Source: a virus
Lineage: Duplodnaviria; Heunggongvirae; Uroviricota; Caudoviricetes
IMG/VR virus record: IMGVR_UViG_2778261105_000002
Location: 1-6,838 of that record
DNA: 6,838 nucleotides
Reading direction: 5' to 3' (one strand)
Under the pieces are notes generated by a model. It saw only the letters and a program-made list of their open reading frames with translations. It did no database searches and was not told the DNA's origin. Of this stretch, positions 1 to 5,999 are shown in pieces. Every line of letters begins with the position of its first letter. The stretch's first letter is position 1. Made by a program: the position numbers and the translations under genes.

Positions 1-119
1 TTGCAGAAAAAATACCGCTCACCGCCCTGCACCGTCAGGTCGATTTCCCAGAGCACCACCCGCGGTGACTGCTCTGACTTAACCGACTCGTTCAGGCTTT
101 CTTCGTGAATATCCTGCAT
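1..119 (-). CDS. L: Minor tail protein L (lambda gpL-like), N-terminal fragment only; gene continues past the window start
   Basis: Minus-strand translation from ATG at 119..117 gives MQDIHEESLNESVKSEQSPRVVLWEIDLTVQGGERYFFC, closely matching the lambda gpL N-terminus as I remember it (MQDIRQETLNE...VVLWEIDLTEVGGERYFFC). An in-frame ATG at 131..129 (MGGY-MQDI) is an alternative start but follows the terminator U-tract directly with no Shine-Dalgarno. This ORF is below the length cutoff of the supplied track. Confidence 0.8.
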   Translation of the reverse strand, partial: MQDIHEESLNESVKSEQSPRVVLWEIDLTVQGGERYFFC

Positions 120-131
120 ATATCCGCCCAT

Positions 132-155
132 AAAAAAGGGGCGCAGACGCGCCCC
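132..155 (-). terminator. Rho-independent terminator closing the porin cassette
   Basis: On the minus strand: GGGGCGC-GUCU-GCGCCCC (perfect 7-bp all-GC stem at 155..138, 4-nt loop) followed directly by UUUUUU (137..132). On the plus strand the hairpin is preceded, not followed, by the A-run, so it is unidirectional for minus-strand transcripts. Confidence 0.75.
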
Positions 156-158
156 GAA

Positions 159-328
159 CAATAAAAGTCCAATTTAAAATAAAACCAATAAAGGTAATAA
201 CAGAAAGTTAAATCAGCACATGCCAGATGGCAATTGCTGATCGCAGTGACCAATGAAAACTGTGTTTTCATTGATACAGGCCGCCTGTAAGGGCAGACGG
301 CCCGTATTTATTAACTTATCAGCAATAA
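159..328 (-). ncRNA. Structured 3' region of the porin transcript; candidate 3'-UTR-derived small RNA (IpeX-like hypothesis)
   Basis: About 170 nt between the porin stop (331..329) and the terminator carry three consecutive hairpins: a 9-bp inverted repeat ACTTATCAG/CTGATAAGT (314..322 / 335..343) with the stop codon in its loop; a 9-bp stem at 279..302 with a 6-nt loop (one C/A mismatch on plus, a G-U wobble in minus-strand RNA); and a perfect 10-bp inverted repeat CAATGAAAAC-TGT-GTTTTCATTG (251..273). No convincing ORF is present. The sRNA assignment is inference only. Confidence 0.25.
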
Positions 329-1483
329 TCAGAACTGATAAGTCATACCCACAGCAACGATATTATCTGTCGCAACACCGGCTTTCCGGGTAAATTCACT
401 TTCATCAATCAGGTTAATTTTATAATCAACATAGGTGGACATATTCTTGTTAAAGTAATAAGTCGCACCGACATCAATATATTTAACCAGATCCTGATCG
501 CCATGGTTCACACCACCAACCATAACATCCTGTCCGCGGGACTGAAGGTAGGCAAGGGACGGGCGCAGACCAAAATCAAACTGATACTGAACAACGGCTT
601 CGATATTCTGAGCTTTATCCGCAACACCTTGATCACCAAAGGTCGTCATATTCTGGGTTTCAGAATACACTGCTGCCAGATACAGGTTATTGGCATCATA
701 TTTAAGACCAGTTCCCCAGAATTCAGCATGTTTACCTTTTGCCACACTACCTGAGTCAACTGCTTTTTCTCCAACCTTTTTACCTGATGCAGGATCAAGA
801 ACATCTGCAGTACCATTCAACCCCTGAACCTGCTTATCAGTACGATCTGACTTGGTATACGCAGCGACAAAACCAAAACCATCAAACTCATAGCTGGCCG
901 AGAAACCATACCCGTCGCCATTAGCCTTCTGAAGGTCATCACGCTCATTTTTGCCCTGATACTGCGCCGCAAAATTCAGACCATCAACCAGTCCGAAGAA
1001 GTCTGTATTACGGTAAGTCAGGACACCGGAAGTTCGGGCCGTCATAAAGTTATCGGTCTGCGTCCAGCCATCACCACCAAACTCAGGCAGTACGTCAGTA
1101 TATGATCCGACATCGTAAGCAATACCATAGTTACGTCCGTAATCAATGGTACCAACATCTGCAAATCTCAGACCTGCAAATGCCAGACGGGTTTTATTTC
1201 CCGCGGAACCTTCAGATTCCGTTTTATTACCAGAGAACTGGTATTCCCACTGACCAAATCCGGTCAGTTGATCATTAATCTGCGTTTCGCCTTTAAAGCC
1301 GAGACGAGCATAAGTCTGGTCTCCGTCATTACCTTTATCATCCGAGAAGTAATGCAGAGCGGTTGCACGCCCGTAAAGATCCAGTTTATTACCATCTTTA
1401 TTATAAACTTCTGCTGCCTGCGCCCCCGCAGCAAACATCACTGCCACTGCTACAGCAGAAAGTGCCACTGTCATTTTTTTCAT
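329..1483 (-). CDS. General bacterial porin, OmpC/OmpF/PhoE family (16-strand outer membrane porin), complete, 384 aa
   Basis: Full ORF with a Shine-Dalgarno AAGGA 7 nt upstream of ATG (1483..1481). Signal peptide [23 protein letters not shown] with an AQA|AEV cleavage site. Mature N-terminus [16 protein letters not shown]3 constriction motif PEFGG, conserved blocks [79 protein letters not shown], and a C-terminal aromatic ...GMTYQF, all characteristic of enterobacterial general porins. Confidence 0.95.
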   Translation of the reverse strand: MKKMTVALSAVAVAVMFAAGAQAAEVYNKDGNKLDLYGRATALHYFSDDKGNDGDQTYARLGFKGETQINDQLTGFGQWEYQFSGNKTESEGSAGNKTRLAFAGLRFADVGTIDYGRNYGIAYDVGSYTDVLPEFGGDGWTQTDNFMTARTSGVLTYRNTDFFGLVDGLNFAAQYQGKNERDDLQKANGDGYGFSASYEFDGFGFVAAYTKSDRTDKQVQGLNGTADVLDPASGKKVGEKAVDSGSVAKGKHAEFWGTGLKYDANNLYLAAVYSETQNMTTFGDQGVADKAQNIEAVVQYQFDFGLRPSLAYLQSRGQDVMVGGVNHGDQDLVKYIDVGATYYFNKNMSTYVDYKINLIDESEFTRKAGVATDNIVAVGMTYQF

Positions 1484-1681
1484 GATTTAATCCTTATTTA
1501 AACTGAACTATTCATGCATTCAGATGTCATGAACAAAAATTAAAATATTTTAATACAAATTCTTAGTTCAATTTATATTATGTAACAAAATGTAAATGCA
1601 AGATCGATTTCGCACTTTCTGACAAGACAGATTAAAAATAATTAACAACTAAACACTAAAGAATGATTTATAGGATAATTC
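1484..1681 (-). promoter_or_regulatory. AT-rich upstream and 5'-UTR region of the porin gene (own promoter likely)
   Basis: A 198-bp AT-rich spacer starts immediately after the M stop codon (1684..1682). A sigma70-like candidate on the minus strand is TTGCAT - 17 nt - ATATAA (approx 1602..1574), but its spacer overlaps the OmpR-like box, so the exact promoter is unresolved. A perfect 14-bp palindrome TTAAAATATTTTAA lies at 1540..1553. Confidence 0.5.
1577..1596 (-). promoter_or_regulatory. OmpR-box-like motif
   Basis: Minus-strand TTTACATTTTGTTACATAAT, with direct half-sites TTTACA and GTTACA 10 bp apart. It closely resembles the E. coli OmpR sites as I recall them (ompC C1 TTTACATTTTGAAACATCTA; ompF F1 TTTACTTTTGGTTACATATT). 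It lies 94-113 nt upstream of the porin ATG. Confidence 0.4.
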
Positions 1682-2023
1682 TCATCTAACTACCTGCTCT
1701 ATCGTGCAACTGAAATCACTGTACCGGGCGTTATCCGTAATACTCCACTCCCGGCACACCACCCTGACCGTCCGGTTATGTTTCGGGGGCTTCCACAAAA
1801 AAGCCCGGTAACCACCATGCCATGACAGAAACGCGGACAGTGCCTCCCGCTCAGCATCCGTTGTCACCCGAAAAACCACCTGAAAGGTCTTCAGTTGCGC
1901 ATTCAGTCCTGCCGGACGACGCTGCTGATAACCGTCGCCAAACTTCACCGTCATCACCGACGGTTTCTCCGTCACCTGCATCCCTTCCCGGGGACACCAG
2001 TGAAGAGTCTTAATCTCATCCAC
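1682..2023 (-). CDS. M: Minor tail protein M (lambda gpM-like), 113 aa, GTG start
   Basis: Translation ...IKTLHWCPREGMQVTEKPSVMTVKFGDGYQQRRPAGLNAQLKTFQV...CTIEQVVR aligns along its whole length with lambda gpM as I remember it (MKTFRWKVKPGMDVASVPSVRKVRFGDGYSQRAPAGLNANLKTY...FEQVVN). The start is GTG at 2023..2021 with GGAGGA 7 nt upstream, overlapping the H stop codon. Confidence 0.9.
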   Translation of the reverse strand: MDEIKTLHWCPREGMQVTEKPSVMTVKFGDGYQQRRPAGLNAQLKTFQVVFRVTTDAEREALSAFLSWHGGYRAFLWKPPKHNRTVRVVCREWSITDNARYSDFSCTIEQVVR

Positions 2024-5000
2024 TCAGCATTCCTCCGTCACGACGCATGGATAACATCACCGCCTGTACCCGCTGGTCAATCAGTTGCACAAGGGTGCCC
2101 GCCGCTTCCGGCCCTATCTGCCCGTTAGCGCCGTCATTCTGAATGGCGATGTGGTACACCGGGGAATACACCAGACCCGCACTGCCGTTCATACTGCCCA
2201 CCGCACGCACGCCGAGTGAACCATCCGCTGCCCGGGTCAGGGGCATGATGGCTTCAGGTCCGGCCTCCCCCATCAGCCCTGCCCCTTTTGCAAAGGCAAA
2301 GTACGTGGGCGTGTCCACAATACTGTTACTGTATGCACTCAGGTTTGCCGAGGTATAAACGCCGCCTTTTGCATTTGCCACCGCGCCACCCAGCCAGTTG
2401 CCTATACTGCCGAAAAATCCTCCTGCACCGGACATACTGTTTGCCGCCATCTTAATGCCGTTGACAATGGCCGCATTCATAAGAACTTTTGATATTTCCT
2501 GCAGGATTGATGCAGCCCAGCTGCGCCATTCCACTTTATTTCCGTTCAGCATCTCCGTGATGTTATTCACCATCCCTGAGATACCGTCTGTCGCAAGCTG
2601 TGCTGCCTGTGAAGCGTAATCTGATGCGCTGTCCACCCAGTTACTTAGCCCTTCCTGCAGCCCTTTCTGCCAGTCAGCACGCTGCGCATCCGATTCGGCA
2701 TAAAAAGCCTCCTGGTCTTTAAGGCGTTCACTCAGATACTGCGCATTCTGCGCCAGCGCCTGTCTGTAAAAATCCTCACTGATATCCCCTGTCTGATACT
2801 GAGACTGCAGGTCCGCATCCTTCTGGCGGTAGCCGTCACGAATCTGCTGCAGCTCCCGCATCCGTTCACGGACCCGCTCACCCTGCCCGTACCCCAGCAG
2901 CTCAGCGTCATTTGATGCCCTTGCGTCTGCATTATCATTTTTCAGGGTCTCCTCCCGGGCCCGTAACTGCTCCCGGATTTTCTTCTGGTCAATCAGGGCA
3001 GCATTGCGCAGCAGCTCCTGCTTCTGTATCTCCGTCAGGGTTTTCAGCTCGCCCTGCGAGGTCTGGTATTTCAGTTTTGCCAGTTCTGTATTCTTCCCGG
3101 CCAGTGCCAGTTGTTCCTTCTGCTGCTTCAGCAGACGGGAAAAACTGTCTTCCGCTTTTTCCGCCCCTGATTTTCCGGCCCGGGATTTGGGTTTATTCGC
3201 CTCATTATTGCGCCAGGCTTCCATCGAATTACGGATGTAACGCTGCCTCGCCTCCTGATACGTATCCCCCACCAGACCAAGGTCATCCGCCGCATACCCC
3301 AGCCGGGCACGCTCTTTTTCTTCCCCTTTCAGCCGGGACAGGGCCAGTTGACGCTCTGTGTTATTCAGGGCGCTCTGCTGTTTATCATCCAGAGTGGCCT
3401 GTGGCAGTCGCAGCGGTACACTCGCCAGTCCCTGACGCTGTTGCAGCAGTTCATTACCCAGCCCCAGCAGGCGGTTGAATTCCGTATGCTGACCGTTCAT
3501 GACCAGCAGTGACTGATACGCTTTATTCTGCTCTGCTGCCTGCTGACGAATTAACACAACACGGCGCTCTTCCAGTCCGGCAAGCACATCCTGAATGGAC
3601 TGCGCTTTTTCCTGCATCTGTGCCAGACGGGACTGCTCAACAGCAAACTGCTCTGTTGCCTGAGCAAGCTCTTCCGTTACAGTTTTCACCGATGTCAGAT
3701 GGTTTATCATGAAGCCGTTACCGGTCGTCCAGCCCGGATTAGCCAGCACATACTGATACCCGGCGATTTTTTCCTGCAGGGATTTCACCCGGCTGGCCTG
3801 CTCATCAATCAGCCGGTTCTGCTCTGTCAGCGCCTCCCGTGTTCGCCCTTCATTATCTGAGGCTTCAGGCAGAGACATTGATGGCGTTTTATGCGCGATT
3901 TCATCAATCGTCAGTGCATACTGGCGCGCAGACTCCCTGGCCTGCTCCTGATTCTGGTACAGCGTGTACCATGCGGCAGCTCCCAGCATCACCAGTCCGG
4001 GTACGCCTCCAACCAGTCCCAGCGCACCGCTCATCAGACGTGAGCCCACCGCCGTTGTACTGTTCAGCGCATTCTGGGCGGCGGTTCTGGCAGCAATATT
4101 TCTGTTCAGGCGTTCCTGTGTGACCGCCAGACGGGCCTCTGCCGCAATCTGCATCTCAGTCCCGCGGGCTGCCGCCACAGCCTGCTGAGCCCGGTACACG
4201 GCTGCCCTTGCCCGCGCCGTGGCAATCTGCGTTCCCCTTAACTGGGCCTCAGCCAGTGCCACTTCATTACGTGCAGCGGTCACAAGTCCTGCCGTGGCAG
4301 ACATCGCTCCGGAAGCCAGATTACCAAAGTACCGGGCCACCCCGACAGCAACCAGCACACCCGCAGCTGTTGCCACGGTATCAATATTTCCGGCCACACC
4401 GTTCAGTGCGCCGGAGAGCGTTTTCGTCGCTCCGCTGGCCTCATTCGCGCCGCCCACCCAGGCCATAAAGGCGTTTTCCACCTTCGTGATCCCGTCAGAC
4501 ACCGTTTCCGGCATGGCTGCATATTCATCACGCAATATCCCCAGCTGGCTGATTAACGCGGGAACGACTTTATCCGCCGTCAGTTGACCATCGTCCGCCA
4601 TCGCCTTCAGATCCTTACGGGCCACGCCCATGCCTGCAGCCAGTGCGCGAATGATCCGGTCCCCACTTTCATTGACCGAATTAAATTCCTCGCCGCGCAA
4701 CACCCCCTGTGCCAGCGCCTGGCTGAACTGGGTGATCACCGAACCCGCCTCTGCCGCACTGGCACCGGAAATTTTCAGCCCTGTCGAAATGGCCTCCGTC
4801 ACCTTCAGCACATCATCAGCACTGTAACCATATTCACGCATCGAGGCAGCCGAACGGGCAAACAGGGTCGCATTATCCGAAAATGCGGTGCCTGTCCGCT
4901 GGCTGATGTCCATCAGCACTTTCTGTGATAACGCAAATTCATCCGATGACTGCGACGCCTGTTTCAGACGGGCATTCACGGAGCTCCATTCATCTGCCAG

Positions 5001-5258
5001 CGAAATCAGGTGTCCGGTGGCAAAGGCACCGGCAAACGCACTGGTCATTCCGACAGCCGAAGCGCGGATTTCCGTCAACTGGCTGTTCAGCTCAGCCAGA
5101 GCCCGGCACTGCTCCCTGGCTGCCGCAGCAGCCTGACGTCCGCCATTCTGCAGGGTCCGGTAATATTCACTGCCCATACGGGACGCCCGCTGGATCTCCG
5201 ACTGGAATGACTGTGAATTTGCCGAAATTTTGATAATCAGTTCACGTAACGTCGCCAT
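2016..5258 (-). CDS. H: Tail tape measure protein (lambda gpH family), 1080 aa
   Basis: Very long Ala/Gln/Glu-rich, coiled-coil-like ORF with internal hydrophobic Gly/Ala-rich segments (e.g. TVATAAGVLVAVGVARYFGNLASGAMSATAGLV and GALGLVGGVPGLVMLGAAAWYTLY) and a Gly-rich C-terminal region, sitting between the G/G-T and M genes. Strong SD AGGAGAAAGGTGA directly upstream of ATG at 5258..5256. Confidence 0.95.
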   Translation of the reverse strand: MATLRELIIKISANSQSFQSEIQRASRMGSEYYRTLQNGGRQAAAAAREQCRALAELNSQLTEIRASAVGMTSAFAGAFATGHLISLADEWSSVNARLKQASQSSDEFALSQKVLMDISQRTGTAFSDNATLFARSAASMREYGYSADDVLKVTEAISTGLKISGASAAEAGSVITQFSQALAQGVLRGEEFNSVNESGDRIIRALAAGMGVARKDLKAMADDGQLTADKVVPALISQLGILRDEYAAMPETVSDGITKVENAFMAWVGGANEASGATKTLSGALNGVAGNIDTVATAAGVLVAVGVARYFGNLASGAMSATAGLVTAARNEVALAEAQLRGTQIATARARAAVYRAQQAVAAARGTEMQIAAEARLAVTQERLNRNIAARTAAQNALNSTTAVGSRLMSGALGLVGGVPGLVMLGAAAWYTLYQNQEQARESARQYALTIDEIAHKTPSMSLPEASDNEGRTREALTEQNRLIDEQASRVKSLQEKIAGYQYVLANPGWTTGNGFMINHLTSVKTVTEELAQATEQFAVEQSRLAQMQEKAQSIQDVLAGLEERRVVLIRQQAAEQNKAYQSLLVMNGQHTEFNRLLGLGNELLQQRQGLASVPLRLPQATLDDKQQSALNNTERQLALSRLKGEEKERARLGYAADDLGLVGDTYQEARQRYIRNSMEAWRNNEANKPKSRAGKSGAEKAEDSFSRLLKQQKEQLALAGKNTELAKLKYQTSQGELKTLTEIQKQELLRNAALIDQKKIREQLRAREETLKNDNADARASNDAELLGYGQGERVRERMRELQQIRDGYRQKDADLQSQYQTGDISEDFYRQALAQNAQYLSERLKDQEAFYAESDAQRADWQKGLQEGLSNWVDSASDYASQAAQLATDGISGMVNNITEMLNGNKVEWRSWAASILQEISKVLMNAAIVNGIKMAANSMSGAGGFFGSIGNWLGGAVANAKGGVYTSANLSAYSNSIVDTPTYFAFAKGAGLMGEAGPEAIMPLTRAADGSLGVRAVGSMNGSAGLVYSPVYHIAIQNDGANGQIGPEAAGTLVQLIDQRVQAVMLSMRRDGGMLSG

Positions 5259-5276
5259 TCACCTTTCTCCTGGCGT

Positions 5277-5297
5277 AAAAAAACCGCCTCAGCGGTT
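5277..5297 (-). terminator. Weak terminator-like hairpin plus U-tract between the T stop and the H start
   Basis: Minus-strand RNA AACCGC-UGAG-GCGGUU followed by UUUUU (U-run 5283..5277, the first two Us possibly paired). The stem is short with a 4-bp GC core, so at best a partial terminator or an mRNA structural element. Confidence 0.3.
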
Positions 5298-5305
5298 CTC
5301 ATCAT

Positions 5306-5985
5306 TCATGACTGTGCTGCAAGGCTCAGCGCGTCTTCCAGCGCCGCAAACGGATCCACCTCCGGCTTATCCTCATCCTCGCCCCAGCAGAGCATGGCGT
5401 CCTTCAGTGCAACATTCATCCCCTGTGCCCCGAAAACCGCTTTCACGATCTGTGCATTACGGATATCCCCGCGCTCATCACCCAGCGGGGATATCCTGTC
5501 GAACTCCATCCACATCATCGCCTCGCTCGCACTCAGGCTGTGCCGCAGTTCGGATAAGGTGCGCCCCAGACGGAGCGCAAGTCGCATCAGAAAGCGAATT
5601 TCCGGGCGGGCTACTTTTTTCTGACCGACTCTGCATCAGCGATCAGTTCCAGTGCCTGACGCAGCAAGCGGGCATGTACCGGACCATAGACGGCCAGCAC
5701 CTGCTCACGGTCGTCCGGAGTGAACACCCGTTGCAGATCCGTATCACACAGGACATCGCAGAACAGCGTCACATCCGCTTCCAGGTTACGGCGGGTTTTC
5801 GCCACCACCGACAGAGTATCGTCATCCTCTCCATCACCATTGAGCACGTCCTGCCACAGATACCAGGCCTCTGCCGAAGGCTCCCGCAGCACCACGCTGA
5901 CATTACCCCATTCCGGCACCTTCACCGTTTTATGACGAAACCCTGACAGTCTGGCCAGCGCCAGCGTTTTCAGATCCTTTTTCAT
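5306..5985 (-). CDS. Tail assembly chaperone G-T fusion made by programmed -1 ribosomal frameshift (G frame 5985..5614, then T frame 5614..5306)
   Basis: The G frame ends ...AESVRKK* with codons AGA AAA AAG TAG. The heptamer A_AAA_AAG (5620..5614) is a classic -1 slippery site. After a -1 slip the reading continues GTA GCC CGC CCG GAA... = VARPEIRFLMRLALRLG..., which is exactly the upstream extension and body of the 93-aa ORF 5306..5587. Position between V and H matches the conserved G/G-T arrangement. Confidence 0.75.
5611..5985 (-). CDS. G: Tail assembly chaperone G (lambda gpG-like), about 124 aa
   Basis: ORF directly downstream of V on the same strand. Preferred start is ATG at 5985..5983 (MKKDLKTLALARLSG...) with SD AGGGGA 9 nt upstream. 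The track's longer start at 6033 would overlap the V 3' end by 34 nt and has no SD. Assignment is by position and the frameshift architecture; I could not confirm sequence identity to lambda gpG from memory. Confidence 0.75.
   Translation of the reverse strand: MKKDLKTLALARLSGFRHKTVKVPEWGNVSVVLREPSAEAWYLWQDVLNGDGEDDDTLSVVAKTRRNLEADVTLFCDVLCDTDLQRVFTPDDREQVLAVYGPVHARLLRQALELIADAESVRKK
5614..5620 (-). other. -1 programmed frameshift slippery heptamer A_AAA_AAG
   Basis: Minus-strand AAAAAAG sits immediately before the G stop codon TAG (5613..5611), and the -1 frame is open for 102 further codons. Confidence 0.75.
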
Positions 5986-5999
5986 GATGACCCATCCCC

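Noticed and set aside
206-271. 21-codon minus-strand ORF (MKTQFSLVTAISNCHLACADL) in the porin 3' region, and a 46-codon plus-strand ORF starting at 253
   Set aside because: No usable Shine-Dalgarno; both coincide with the palindromic hairpins, which explain the sequence better as RNA/DNA structure than as coding.
261-280. LexA-box-like CTGT...ACAG around the 23-bp palindrome
   Set aside because: The CTGT and ACAG elements are separated by 12 nt rather than the 8 nt of the LexA consensus as I recall it.
503-1501. Plus-strand ORFs of 61-83 aa (503-754, 739-924, 1268-1501) inside the porin gene
   Set aside because: Antisense to an unmistakable porin CDS; short and without RBS.
2912-3478. 188-aa plus-strand ORF (and the other plus-strand ORFs at 2143-2619, 3004-3240, 3509-4188, 4208-5233) inside the tape measure gene
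   Set aside because: All are antisense to a strongly supported 1080-aa gene. Their translations are Pro/Ser/Ala/Arg-rich low-complexity strings typical of open antisense frames in GC-rich coding DNA, and none has a convincing RBS.
5230-5946. 238-aa plus-strand ORF spanning the G/T region
   Set aside because: Antisense to the G and G-T genes, which are supported by synteny and the frameshift site; low-complexity Pro/Arg/Ser-rich translation.
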